A stretch of 64,000 bases of DNA. It comes from Isurus oxyrinchus. Its lineage: Eukaryota. Positions 1-12,574 of this stretch are shown here, one piece after another. The stretch lies in contig JANJGN010000026.1 in the NCBI GenBank assembly GCA_026770705.1, forward strand, positions 31,248,001-31,312,000. The letters are read 5' to 3'. The first letter of the stretch is position 1. Each line of letters begins with the position of its first letter. A program made the translations under genes and the position numbers. The notes under the pieces were generated by a model, which had not been told where the DNA came from, searched no databases, and saw only the letters and a list, made by a program, of their open reading frames with translations.

Positions 1-97
1 CAGTATCTTTTTTTGGGGTCACTGTGCTTTCTCTCATTTATCGTTACCTGTATAAAGGTGAAGAAGAGCTTTTAAAGAATGAGACAGCAGTAATTGT

Positions 98-194
98 CTT
101 GAAGGGTCATTCGGACTCGAAACGTCAACTGTGTTCCTCTCCACAGATGCTGCCAGACCTGCTGAGTTTTTCCAGGTATTTTTGTTTTTGTTTT
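98..194 (-). mobile_element. Short Penelope-like element terminus
   Basis: Related to the terminal sequence at 25642, 39796 and 49053 (ccagacctgctgagtttttccagg); flanked by direct repeat agtaattgtc at 88-97 and 195-204. Confidence 0.7.
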
Positions 195-267
195 AGTAAT
201 TGTCACCCTGTTCGACATGAAACTAAACTAATTGTTAATTCCTCATTGGTAATAATTTTAAACACAA

Positions 268-338
268 AGTTTCGGCCGGGTTTGAACCGGGCACTCTCTC
301 ATCTAAAGTAAACGTGATAATCACTGCACTGGGGAAAT
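268..338 (-). pseudogene. tRNA-Val pseudogene
   Basis: Reverse complement atttccccagtgcagtgattatcacg...cccggttcaaacccggccgaaac resembles vertebrate tRNA-Val (GTTTCCGTAGTGTAGTGGTTATCACG...CCGGTTCGAAACCGGGCGGAAAC); anticodon arm decayed. Confidence 0.75.
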
Positions 339-464
339 GAGTGTGAATCCCCCCCGGACAGAGAGGAACTGACCATCCATCTCTAGCTCTAATTCCCAAA
401 CAGAAAATGCTGCCAATAATTAGCAAGTCAGGCTGACTCTGTGGCCGCTCTCAGCGTCTGAAAC

Positions 465-580
465 CGTCACAATTGACGGTTGCTCCAGACCAATAGGAAA
501 AGGGGGCGGGACTGGGGGCATGCGTGCGCAAGAGGCTGGCCCTGCAACCAATGAGAAGGCGGGGCTGATCCACAATGGGA
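465..580 (+). promoter_or_regulatory. CCAAT/GC-box promoter, probably of the zinc-finger gene
   Basis: Two CCAAT boxes, each followed by a GC-box-like motif; homologous to the inverted copy at 63320-63425; both lie upstream of homologous ZNF exons. Confidence 0.6.
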
Positions 581-671
581 AAAGAGGGGGGATGGCGGGG
601 CGGAGGGAGCGATGGACGAAGACATGTGTAAACCCGCAGCCATGTTCGACTCGGGCTAAAGGCCCCATGAT

Positions 672-990
672 TTTTTATTCATTCCTGGGATGTGGGTGTC
701 AGTGGCTGGGGCCAGCAGTTACTGGCCATTCCTAAGTGCCCTTGTTCAGAGGGCAGTTAAGAATCATCACATTGCTGTGGGGTCTGGGGTCACAGATAGG
801 CCAGAACAGGTAAGGGTTTTTAATAACAATCGACAATGGTTTCATGGTCATCTTTAGACTTTTAATTCCAGATTTTTATTGAATTCAAATTTCACCATCT
901 GCAGTGGTGCGAATTGATCCCACATCCCCAGAGCGTTACCCTGGGTCTCTTGAATATGAGGACATCACAATGCCACTATGCCACCAGAAT
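672..990 (-). mobile_element. tRNA-derived SINE with LINE-like 3' tail
   Basis: Related copies at ~2230-2330, ~23080-23300 and ~42160-42390; tail shared with LINE fragments. Confidence 0.6.
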
Positions 991-1184
991 GGGCACATGT
1001 ACGGGGCAATGTTTTAATGACTGGGAGGAGCTTGTTACCCATTGTTCAAAATGATGACAACTTGTCCATCAAGCTGTATTAACCTTTGAGCTGATCAATA
1101 ATGTCTTATTGATGAGGCAAAGCTGCAGCAGAGAAGGCAAGAAAAGGAAGAAAATCTTGCTCTCCTGATCTCACTACCTCATAG

Positions 1185-1300
1185 ACGACCTGCCCCATGT
1201 GTCCAAAGATCTGTGTGTCTGTTCAGTCACATGAAGACCAACGGCAGAAACTCAGAACCCTGAGTAAACATCACCCTCTAATCAAGGGATTGCTGATGAC
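1185..1300 (+). mobile_element. RTE-like LINE 3' fragment
   Basis: Homologous to 62170-62300, which encodes a C-terminal CPxxxxICxSRIxLFSHxKTH motif. Confidence 0.55.
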
Positions 1301-1479
1301 AATGAGGGACAATGTGCAGAGGACACATGTGAGGTCATCCTGGACCAGGGAGGAGGAGGACACAATGCTGTGAATTTCTATGCTGGGATAGATTTTGGAA
1401 ACTCCTTTTAAGGGGGTTAGAAGGGGAGGATTTATGCACAACAAACTCAAAGCAAGAAAAATATTTGTCTCCTCTGAAT

Positions 1480-2110
1480 TTCCATCCTGGACTGATAGTG
1501 ATTGCTTCTATAAACTCATGGGGTACCGGAAGCAGAGGTCTTTTTTAAGGAGTATCTTAAAGGAGGAAAGGAAGATATAGAGGTGGACAGGATTAGTAAT
1601 GAATTCCCAGAGTTTATGGCCTTGGCAGCTACAGGTACCAAATGTGGAGCAAAGGAAATTAGGAATTGTCAGGAAGTCAGAAGTAGAGTGCAGATATCTC
1701 GGAGGTAACAAAGGAATGGATGATAGTTTCAGCAGCAGATGAGCTGAGACTGGGGTGGATTCTGGCGATGTTACTAAGGTGGAATCCAGTCTTCATGATG
1801 ATGCAGGTATGTGGGTGGAGCTTGCCTTGGGGTCAAATATGACACCATTGTTTTGAACAATCTCCTTCAGCCTCAGGCAGTTGACAGGGAAGGGGGCTGG
1901 AGTCGGTGCCTAGGGAGTGAAGTTTGTAGTGGGGACTGAAGTCAACGGCTTCAGCCTTCTCAATATTTAAATAGAGGAAAATTCTCCTCATCCAGTGCTG
2001 GGTGTTGGGCAGGTCAGGATGGTGTGTGACTTGGAGGAGAACCTGGGGGTGATGGTGTTCACATACACCCACTACCCTGGTCCTTCTAGGTGGTGGAGAT
2101 TGAGGATTCA
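1480..2110 (-). mobile_element. L2/CR1 LINE fragments
   Basis: Reverse-complement similarity to the L2-like fragment at 60370-61220 and to LINE tails elsewhere in the window. Confidence 0.55.
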
Positions 2111-2431
2111 TGAGATTCTGTCAAAGTTCTGGTCGATTTGCACAAATACAAATAATATTCCTCTCGTTCTCTGCTTCTGCTCCCAGGCCTCTTTCACTCT
2201 TCTCCCCCCATATTACAGAGTCTTGTATAAGACCAGACTGGGTGGCATGTTTCCTTCCCTGAAGCACATTAGTGAACCAGTTGGGGTTTTACGACAGTCC
2301 AGCAGTTTTCATGGTCACTTTTTCCTAGTGTCGGCCCCACAAATCACCAGATTCATTCAGCTCAATTTCACAACATGTCTTTGTGTTTTTGTGGGGTCTC
2401 TCTCACTTTTTTCTATTTTAAAACATTTTGA

Positions 2432-2630
2432 CAGGTTTTTAGAAGGGGAGGATTTCGAGTCCGGAAACTCAAACCAAGCATCACATCAGGATCTGTCAAG
2501 AGTTACCCAATTTATCGTAACCTGAATATCATCGGATTTTGAACATGGAAGGAGAAAGCACCATTCACAACAGAAAGAAACCGCACACGTGTCCTGTGTG
2601 TGGACGAGGCTTCAGCCGATCATCTGGTTG
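2432..2630 (+). pseudogene. Truncated C2H2 zinc-finger exon (MEGESTIHNRKKPHTCPVCGRGFSRSS...)
   Basis: Start of a C2H2 finger that breaks off; upstream part homologous to the exon start at 60060-59950 (-). Confidence 0.75.
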
Positions 2631-2851
2631 TTCAATATCTCAAACAGGCACTGAAACTGTGTCAAACGGCAATAAATATATGAAAGCGATCAAATCGATC
2701 TAGGAATGTCGATTATGGTACAGACGTGAGTTGAAATTGATTAATATAATTGCGCAAGTGTTCCTCAGCTCTTCGTGTTTGATGTGTTTTGAATCTTTCT
2801 GTGGCCCTCACTGTGGCGGCTGCTTTATTGCTTATGTTTATCGGTGTGAGA

Positions 2852-2865
2852 GCGCCCTCTGGTGG
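2852..2865 (-). promoter_or_regulatory. CTCF motif downstream of a V RSS
   Basis: CCACCAGAGGGCGC on the - strand, ~24 bp past the nonamer. Confidence 0.7.
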
Positions 2866-2928
2866 GCACTAACTGTACCTCTCAGTGAGGTTTCAGCACG
2901 GGATCGGCAATATCTCCGCAGCACTGTG

Positions 2929-3357
2929 AGCTCCAGGGCACAGAAATACACGGCGCTTTCGGAGAGAAGTTCCCCGGCGATATTTAAAGGAGACGCTATA
3001 TTTCCTTTGTGAAAATAACCAGAAAATCTGTCTGGTTAGCTTGGAAGCCTTTCTTCATTCCCCAAGCTTCAGTAAATGTCTCGCAGCTTCCCCGGGATAC
3101 TGGACATACCAGAACAGAGTTGTGACAGGGCCGGCTGGCGAGTAACTGCAGCCCAGTATTATGCTCTGTCCTTCCATTATCATTAATGCAGACGGATCCT
3201 GGGACATTGAATCTGTGCCATCCGACCCTGTAACACATATACAGAATGGTTCAAAGCCGGCGAGGAAATACAACCCCCGTAAACACAGTGACTATGTAGA
3301 CATAGACTTACCAGGCAGCAAGGCAATTATTGGGAGTAAGGGACATGGTGAGCTCAT
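2929..3357 (-). pseudogene. TCR alpha/delta-like V pseudogene (leader + V exon)
   Basis: Leader 3357-3312 (MSSPCPLLPIIALLP, GT donor); V exon 3227-2929 with LGCSYS, LFWYVQYPGE, DRFSG and ESAVYFCAL; frameshift and TAA near CDR2; RSS CACAGTG (2928-2922), 24-bp spacer, GCTGAAACC (2897-2889). Confidence 0.9.
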
Positions 3358-4672
3358 GGTATCTGGTTTCGAGCTCGACAAAAAAATCACAGGTTCATCT
3401 TAATATGTTGGTCCCTCTAGTCTGATATTAAAGTGAAACCCAGAACAGGATCGGGCTCCACTTATTGAGGCAGAGAGGGGCGTTTCCCAAGGAGAAGATT
3501 CACTTGTCTGTCCGAGCTGATGACAGCTACGCACCAATGAATGTGAGCTGCGGATAGTTTAATTCACTGGGTGGTTCCCCCTCCCTCGCTCTGACCTTCT
3601 TAGCTTGTCTGTCCCTTTGCCTTGATGTCTCTCTGCTGGGTAAATCTCTCCTCGAAGTAAACACTCCCACCGCAGTAAAACACGTGGAAATAAATACGTT
3701 AAATTGGGAGTGAAGACAGAATAAGACAAATCGGTGAGCAAGCACTGACGCCTAAACACCTCCAGGCGTCGTGAAAGTTGCTTTGGAGTTTTCGCATTTA
3801 TATCGGACTTAAAGTCAATCAATAAATTTAGTTTCATCGTGATCAGAGGCCATGGGGACAGCGCTGTAGAGAAAAACTGCACGGGAATGGAAAGGAAATA
3901 TGAGGCAAATTTGTTGGACCAGATGATGGATCAAAATAAAATCCACAAGTGTTTCGATGACTGAGGGTGGCTCCTTTGTGCTGCATTTGTATGTTTCACA
4001 GACATGTCATTTGTGTTTGAGTGGATATTTAGATTTGTGTCCAAAGCCCCTTGTTGCAGCTGATGAAGTGACAGATGTCGCACTAAAGTGCTGCATATGA
4101 ATGCGCCAGGTAATGCTGGCTTGCAAACCCATTTGTGTGGGATTAACTGAAGGTTCGTTGGATTAAAGTCTCCCGGGTGTTCCTGCCTCCTTGGTGTAGT
4201 GCCAGGTCACCGTTCAGCCCCTCGAACTCATTGGCTTTACTGGTCAGGCTGAGGGACTGACGGGAAGTGCCATCTCTCAAACACCACCCGGTACAAACAC
4301 ACGCACCGACCTCCCAGTTCATTATTGCGGGGATTTGAAGGCGGCAGCGTAACTGGCAGAAAGAAAAGCTCCCCTCCCCCACATCTGTACCCCAGAGTAT
4401 TGCAGGAGGACCTTTCACATCCGGATCACAATCCAAATGAAGAGTCAAAAAATTGCAGTCTCCTTTTATAAACCTGTCTCTTAGTCACAGACTTAGCCAG
4501 CGACCCGGGAACCGTGCGGCCCATCAATGATCAGAGCGGAACTGTCCTGTGCAAATCAACTCAGCACCCACTTAAATATTTAGGTCCAGCTCTGAGGTCC
4601 GGTCTCCCAGTGCATTCCGGGCCAACAGTCTCCAGCTCCCCGTCATATAAACCCTCAGCTCCAGGCAGCAGA

Positions 4673-5155
4673 ACGATTGGAATTCTCTTTCTTTTCAGCC
4701 TGTGTGTCCGTTTACCCCGTGAGTACCGATCAAACAAACCGACATTGTGTTTGTTTAATATAAAGCTGCCCGAGTCCATCCCAATTCCAGACAATGTCCG
4801 GAGTTTTGACCCCGCTCTGTGGTTCGGCTCTGATGGTCCATTAAACTCTCTCTGTTTAATTTGCAGGCTCTTTCAGTCAGTCAGTGGTACAGACCCCGGC
4901 AGCGGTGACCAGGAAGGAGTGTCAGTCTCTCACCATCACCTGCGTTTTCTATGGTGGCTTTTTCTCTCGTCCTTTGACGGGTGGGGATTTCTTCAGACAA
5001 ACCCAGACCGGGAGCGGATCTCCAGCGAGGGGAGATTTGTTGTGTCGGTGAATAAAGCAGAAAATACATTTTCGCTGGAAATTAGGGATCTGAGAGTTGG
5101 AAACACCACCACCTATTACTGTAAAGCTCTGTATATGTACAGCATGCGGTACAGT
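4673..5155 (+). pseudogene. NAR-TCR V (IgNAR-like), cassette 1; apparently germline-joined V-D; disabled
   Basis: Leader 4673-4718 starts with ACG (paralog has ATG); V exon from 4867 reads QTPAAVTRKECQSLTITC...ISSEGRFVVSVNKAENTFSLEIRDL...YYCKA; 10-nt deletion near 5012; V runs straight into the D 3' RSS; TATA at 4646. Confidence 0.9.
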
Positions 5156-5183
5156 CAGAGTGGGGCAGACCGGAGCAAATATC
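5156..5183 (+). other. D-type 12-spacer RSS with mutated heptamer
   Basis: CAGAGTG, 12 bp, GCAAATATC; aligns with CACAGTT-12-GCAAATATC 3' of the D in cassette 2. Confidence 0.85.
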
Positions 5184-5535
5184 TCTGTACGATCACTGTT
5201 TAAATTCTCTGGGCCCGGATAGGAAATTGTCGGGTTGATGTTATTATCACTGTTATCTGGTTATATTTCTTGTAATTTCCACCATTCAGTTATCTTTCTT
5301 TGATAATTTCTCGGTTTATATGAAGCAAACATCTCCTTCCCGGGGCCATTTACTCAGAGCTCAGGGCCTCACAAAGAACAGTTTGAACCGACAGAAGTTT
5401 TGAAACATTGAATATTTTACACTTATTTTAATCTGCTCAATAACTGGGCAGTTTCTACTGTCTGATGATGATTTCCCTGCAGTTTGAGGTGTCAATGATT
5501 GTTGTACTGGAGAGACTGAAAGCGGGGTCACTGTG

Positions 5536-5588
5536 CTGAAAATAAGATTATGTGGATGGATCCGGGATGGTGGTGACTGCCACAGCCG
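5536..5588 (+). other. NAR-TCR J segment, cassette 1
   Basis: RSS GATTGTTGT (5497-5505), 23 bp, CACTGTG (5529-5535); encodes ...DYVDGSGMVVTATA; donor GTAAGT at 5589. Confidence 0.88.
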
Positions 5589-6499
5589 GTAAGTGACTCC
5601 AAACACCGCCGAGTTACAGCCTGTCCCGGGTAATGTTCACCATCAGTTTATTATTGATATCAGTGGAGTTTGGGTGAGATGTGGGAGTTGACGGAATCTG
5701 GACCATTATTGGTTTAACGGGCACATCGGTGACAACATCAACATCATGGACTCTCACACTCTGAATCGTTTTTAATGAGCGCAGATTGTCGACAATCCGG
5801 ACTCCACTCCTGGTGTTAACTGTGACCGAGGGCACTCTGTCTGTCCCTTAGAGCCTGGGAGTGAAGTGACAGATCTCTCTACTGGGCAGCAGATTGCAGT
5901 CCGACCTGAGCAATGTGAATGAGGTACCGCGTGAATAAACTCAACACAACCAAGGCCAGTTCGGATACCTGCAGCGGCTCGTTCAATACCTGACCCGGGA
6001 GAGAAACGGGAGAGTGACACAAGGGACTTCAGATATAAGACACCTCCAAATGGAATTTTATGATTGGGCAACCAGTGACTAAAATAAGTGACATTGACCC
6101 CGCCACTTCTCTCAATTGCCATCATATAACCAATCACTTTCCTCCTTTTCAGCTGTCAGATGTGCAGGTTTGGAATTGCAGACACTTCTCTATATTGAAT
6201 CTAAATGTTTGAGAAATGGGATTGCTGTAATTTATCTGTGTCCCTGATTACTGTTAATTAAAACAGCACAGCGCACTGAGAGACTGAGGATTGTGTATTA
6301 ATCTTATAAAGGAGAACAGGGACCTTAGGAAACATTTACAATCTGGGGGAATGTTCATTTCGAAGCAGCAAGAAATAATTAATCGCAAGGGAGAGAAGGA
6401 TTGGAGGGTCTCTGGCCCATTCAAATCAAATTACAATCCGAGCCCATGTTAGTTGGTGAGGTGCATGGAGGAATGACTGAAATGGACTCCAGTTTGGAA

Positions 6500-7020
6500 T
6501 GTTGTGTAAAGTTATGATCTCTTTACTTAAGGAAGGACCTCCTTGTCTTGGAGCTAGTGCAACAAAAGTTCATCAGCCTGATTCGTGAGATAAAGGGATT
6601 GTCCTGTAAGAGGAGGTTGAGTAGCCTGGGCCTATGTTCCCAAGAGTTTAGAGGAATGACATGTAATTTCATTAGAACATTTAACTTCCAGGACAGGATA
6701 GATTCTCGGTGGGTGTTTCCCCAGGGTGTTAAGTCCATAACTACGGGTCACAGTTTCAGAGTAAGGATTCGGCCATGAGAAATGAGAAGAAGAGAAATTT
6801 ATTCAGTGAAATCATTGTTGTGAATCTGTGACATTCTCTACCTCAGAGAGCTGTAGTTGAGTGTATTAAAGGAAGTGTTGAATGGATTTTGGGATGCTAA
6901 AAGAATCAACGGATATGGGGACATTGCGCCAAAGCGATGTTGAGATCGAGAATGAGTCAGGCTATTACTGAATGGCGGAAAAGTTTTGAAAGGTAACATG
7001 GTCGCTCCTGCTTCTGTTTG
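6500..7020 (+). mobile_element. CR1 LINE 3' fragment shared with cassette 2 (19330-19870)
   Basis: CR1 ORF2 C-terminus-like peptide (LELVQQKFISLIREIKGLS...RLSSLGL). Confidence 0.7.
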
Positions 7021-7539
7021 TTATATTAACTGCTTTGATCTGTTACACCTCTGAGAAAAGAAATCAGGAACAATCCACCTCTTTGTGCAGAGGTTAAACA
7101 GGCCGGGTCTCTTGTATCTGGAGAACAGAGAAATAGGAGGAGAATTCATAGAAATCGTTTAAGCAATGGACGGGTTCATTGGAGTATTTGTGGAATAGCC
7201 GTTTATTTGTGGGTGAAGCTAGTGCCATTAACATAAGATAGTCAAAAACAGAACAAATAAAGACACGATGAAGAAGATGTGTAAAAACAGGTAAGTCAAA
7301 ATGTGGAACTTGCTGCCCAGGGAGTGGTTGGAGCAAATAGTATTGATACAATTATGGGAATACTTGAAAATACAGAAGGGAGAACGGAACAGACTGGCAC
7401 GGGGAGCTGACTAGAAATTGACAATTAGATTTCAGGCAGATGGGGGCTGGTCTGCAGTAAATATACAGGGATAAATCATTTGAGCAGAATGGATTATTCC
7501 TCTTCAGGCAGATTCTGTGTAAAGTAAAACTTAGGGAAA

Positions 7540-9060
7540 ACTCCAATCAGACCCGTCAGTCAGTCAATGGGCGGAAGAAATTTGCAATTGTCCGAAAGGC
7601 AGACGAGGGAGTTCCCAGTAAGTAACAGTAAAACCACTGCAGAAACTGAACAGACTGAAACCAACAGACAACTGAAAGAATTTAGGACAAGTTCCCACGA
7701 TTGCTACCTTCCCATGCAAGATGTGCAAACAGTACAAAGGAAATGGAAAAATAAAATGAAACTAAATGTAAATATATGAAAATACATGTAAAGGAGAAAA
7801 ATGAAACCTATTGATGGAAGAAATTATGGTTTTTTTTGCAAACAAATACTGATTGAAAAACATTCAATTAATCCTTCACCGTACGATTACTTTTACAGAA
7901 CCTTGGTCTCCTGAATTTAAGCTACTACAATCTGAGTATTAGTAATAATGATAGCAATTTGTATCAGTGTTCCCACATTGCAGACGATGACGCGTGTGAT
8001 CAGCCACATCGGCCTCTCAGAATTCATGTTGCACGCAGATCACTGCCACTACCTGCTGAAGGGACATCTCATTTGGTTAAATGTGTTTTAAAATACAAAT
8101 TGTATTTGTGGTAGATCTGAGGCAAAACATGTTTATGTCATGCGCTGTTCTGCGCTGTTTCAGGGCAGTAGTATTCAAAATCGGAAAGAATTTGGACAAT
8201 ATTTAACGTGCAAAACTTGTGTATGAAGCAGAAAGGTCTTTGTAGATCTTTCTTTTCTTTTCCGATGAATCAGATGAGGTTTATGTCTCCGATTGCACAT
8301 CGGGGATCAGCGGCAGCTCATCGGGAGCTACTCAAAGGTCGATTCAACAATCGACCACGTTTGAGTGATGTACGTTCGGCCGAAACCGTGTGAGGCCTGT
8401 GTTCCTAGGCCATTTTCTGCCCTTTGGGTAGCTGCCTGGATTATTCAGCAGCCACGTGTCCTACTCCCCTTCAGTTTCCAGGAGCAAGGCTTATTTCAAC
8501 AGAACGTGTTGTTTGATCCAGGGCAGTTTATACACAATGACAAGATTTCACCAAGGCAGTGAGTGTGAACTTTAAACCATGTCCCAAACACAGTGTCCAC
8601 ACCCATTTCATTGTCCCTCTGAGTGTGGCTTCATGTTTTATCACTGGAACTGGAAACTGAATTATCCAGACCTGGAAATCAAACATTGCTTGCTGGAATC
8701 ATCATTTCACCATTACTCAGTTGGACCGAATAGCGTTTTCATCTTCTGCAGATCCTGTACAATGTAAAACCTAGTGAAATCTCCGCCCAGAGCACCCGGG
8801 ACAGAATCAGTCAATGGGCGGAAAGAACTTAAATTGTCAGAGAGCCGGAAGAAGCAGTTCCCAGTAAGTAACAGTAAAACCACTGTGGAAACTGAACAGA
8901 CTGAAACAAACCGACAACTGAGAGACTTTGGGACAAGTTCCCACGATTGTAAGAAGCGCGAACAGCACAAAGGAAATGTAAAAATGAAGGGGAACTGAAT
9001 GTAAAGATGTCAAGTTAAATGGAAATGGAATAAATTAGACCCTGTTGATGGATGAAAATA
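7540..9060 (+). repeat. Direct repeat of a ~290-bp unit (7540-7830 and 8770-9060)
   Basis: Shared cagtcaatgggcggaa...gaaactgaacagactgaaac...ggacaagttcccacgattg; a single inverted copy lies at ~18590-18890. Confidence 0.8.
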
Positions 9061-9722
9061 GGGAAATGGAAGGAACGGCAGATTGAAACTCCGGAGCAGT
9101 GTTAAACTGCAGTAAATAATTGACCTTTGACCATTGATGTTCACTATCAGTTTGGCCCAATCGGATCATTAAGCTCATCGCTTTTTGTTGGATCTTGCTG
9201 TGTGCAGTGATGCAACGCAGCTGTGTCGCTACCGATTAACTATTTTTGGTAATTGATTACGTCATTGATAATAAGACATTCCTTCGGGTTTGTCTCTCAC
9301 CAAAGAAAATACAAACAGAAATTTAATATACATCACAGAAACATCCAACACGGAAGGATGACATTCAGGCACTTGCGCATTGGCTGCCCCTTTAAAAGTG
9401 CAATCCAATTGTCCCCGTTAACCAGACATTTTCCCCGTAGACATGCATTTATCCCTGTTCCAGCACAGATCCATCATCCTTTTGAAAGTTACTGTTGAAT
9501 CTGCTCCTATCACCCATTTTCACCGTGCATTCCAGATGTGAATAACTGGCTCTGCAAAATAAATTATCATCCTCATGTATCATCTTGACCACATTTAATA
9601 ACCGTGAATACAGTTCGAACAGGCACCAAGTGAAGAAAACCACAAAATCAAGAGCTATTAACAAATTCCCCCGGGCAAACAGTGGTTACGCCGACAAATA
9701 ATGTTTATTTTTGACCCTACAG

Positions 9723-10022
9723 ATTCCAGTTCTCTGGTATCCCAGAGTCCACATTTCCAAGCCTCTGCTGCCGGTGACCTCGTTACTTTAAACTGTGAAT
9801 ACTCAGGGTTCTGTCAGTACACAGTACACTGGTACTGTCAATCTCCAGGACAGGAATACCTGCTTGAGCGACACACTTCAGGAGAGGAGAAGAAAGAAAA
9901 CGCTGCCAGGGGGAGAATTTTTGCTTCTATCAATTCGGCCGAGAAAAGTAGCCAGTTAAAGATCTCCAAACCACAACTGAGCGACTCCGCTGTGTATTAC
10001 TGTGCACTGAGTCGACGCATAG
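9723..10022 (+). CDS. Leaderless supporting TCR-delta V of NAR-TCR cassette 1
   Basis: AG acceptor at 9721-9722; open frame with TLNCEYSGFCQYTVHWY (CDR1 Cys) and DSAVYYCALS; no leader exon seen nearby; RSS CACGGTG (10023), 23 bp, ACAAATACA. Confidence 0.88.
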
Positions 10023-12574
10023 CACGGTGATACAGAGCATGGAGACATCTGTACAAATACATGAACATGGTGGGGATTACACTGCCTCCATAACTCACCA
10101 TGATGCCCGGTGGATCCTGAAACAAGGGCCCCATTTCCTCAGTGGGTTGAATGGTCATGAATATCGGTGTCAAACAGGTAAGGCAACATGTTATCAAAAT
10201 AAGAAACACAGTAACAACAGAGTCTCAGGCCCACAACAGTAACTTCATAAATCCTGGACCACATAGTATGGGACACAACACACCCTCCGCGTGAACAGTC
10301 GAGTTACATGAGGGAACCATCTAAAAAATGCACAGGAATTTACATCTCTGCGAGGCATGAGTGGAAATGGTAGCTTCGATGACTGACTGACAGGTTGTAT
10401 ATCAATTTTCATCCCCCCCCTCCTACCCAACCAACACCACCCCCGCCCCCAAATCAACATCACAGAAGTAGATCACCAGGTCATTCTCACCTTGTTGTTT
10501 ATGGAAGCTTTCCGTGTGTAAATTGCCTGTCATGTTTCCCACATGAAGACACTCTAGAGCCTTTTTAGACTGTTAAGTGTTTTGTAAAGTTCTGATGTCA
10601 TGAAAGGCGCTTTATAAATGCACGCTTTTTTTCTTTCTGTATTGCAAATCAGAGCCGGAAGATGGGACTGAATTCGCAACCTGAGCGCAGTGTTAACTGT
10701 TATATTAAAACTCAGTATTTGGACCTTCTCTCTCTCAGTGTCTCTCTCTCTCTCCTTTTCCATTTTTCTCGCTCTCTTTGAGTGTCTTTGTGTCACTCTG
10801 TAGCTCTTTATTTCCATATCTCTATCTCTGAATTGATTTGCGTCTTGAAGGGAGTTGAAGAAAGAAATATGCAGACAAATTAAGGAATATAGTAAACAGA
10901 ATATTAATAATAGTGCTTGCACTACCTAGTATTACTTCACCAGAAGTATGTAAAGGGGATAAGGGAATAGAGTTCCCACAGGGTGCACTGTTGTCTTTAT
11001 AAAGCAAAATGCAAAAAACGAAGAACAGCAAGGTAACGGGGAGTGAAACAAATTAGGGTGAGAAGTAAAGCCAGAAGAACAACTGGGCATTGCTGACCAT
11101 AACGTAGTAATGCTTTGAGATGGGGTTAGGGGTAGAATAAGTTTTGAAACCAACTAATCATCTAGTTGATTGAACGCTGGGCAGGTAATTCCAGTGAAGC
11201 AGCATGGTCCAGTGATTGAGAAAATTAACATAAAATTGAATACATGAATGCTCTTGTGCGTTTGAACTCCATTTCTGCGAGTTTCTTTACCAGTGCTGCT
11301 CCCACTTTTGTTGATTAAGGAAAATGGAGGTAAGGTACTGAAGTTCTTGGGCAGATCAAAGATTCTCTTAGTAAATGTCGAGCAGACTCGAGGGGCAGAA
11401 TGGCCTTCTCCTGTTCCTATACAGGAATATTATGTCTTCAGATGCAGAGATAGGTTTTTCCGATGGAGAGAGATGCAGAGAGGGGGAGATTCAGATACAC
11501 AGAAAGAGAGAATGTTGGACTGTCAGGGAAATAACGAGCAATTTATGTAAACAAAGACATTTTGGCAGAGTGTGTGACAATGAGGGATGAGTTGAGGGGT
11601 TTAAAAGGCAATCATGGAAAATTGGTGCTTGAAGACAAATGGGATTTAATTGAAGGCAATTGATTAAAAACATTAAATACAGTAGTGTTTAACAGAGCAA
11701 TGACATAAAATGGGCGGGTGTATGAACCCCTTCTATTTCTGTGCTACATCTGCCCATTTTCTCATAGTTCAATAAGAACAACTAATAAATAAAAGGAGGT
11801 GAGGGGGAATGCTAGAGGCTGCCGCTCTCAATAACCACACTTTTCTAACCTTCTAACCCCAGTGCCTGAGAAACGTGCAGCTTTTAACCGTTTTCACTGT
11901 TCAGTTTCCTTATTTCAAACATCAAAGTAAAACGAGTGGTTTCTGCAGTGCGGTTGCCGACAGCTCGATGTCCGTTGATCAGTAGAACCGGATTTAATCA
12001 CATTGAAATCACACAATGGGACAAAATTAAAGCACAATTAGCTGGAAATTAATAACTGAACCTGAGGGTTTTATAGAATAAGCTGCGGACTCTCTCTCTC
12101 TTTGTCTGTCTGTTTCTTTCTGCCTCTATATCTTTCTATATCTGTCCCTTTCTCTGTCTGCCCCTCTCACGCTTTGTCAATCGCTTTCTCCTTCTCCATT
12201 TAAATCTCTGGCTTTGCCTGTGCCTCCCTCCGTTGTCTCTCGCAGTCTCACCCTCCCTCTCTCTTTCTCTCTCTCACGCACACACTTTCTGCTCTCTGCG
12301 TCAATCTTTGTCTCCATCCTCTGTATCTTTCAGTGTCTCGGCATATTTTCCTCTCTTTCTCTCCCTCTGTCTCTCACTTTTTCTCTTTCTTTCCACTTTC
12401 CTTGGCTTTCGCTTTCCCTATAACAGGCTCTACTTTCACTGTTTCCAATCGGAAGTTACTGGTTCTTTCAGAGGCGAAGATTCAGAGTTCGCACACTGAA
12501 CTCCCATCATTGAGGTTATATGGCAACCCACCGATAGTTTCCGTACAGGGCCTATATTAGTTTGTATCACTGCG

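Noticed and set aside
4514-5203. 229-aa ORF as a single protein
   Set aside because: It runs through promoter, leader and intron, and matches the V frame only after the 10-nt deletion; a chance read-through.
5600-6150. Conserved ORFs downstream of J in both cassettes as a hidden exon
   Set aside because: No recognisable domain, indels between the copies, and the similarity is explained by the cassette duplication.
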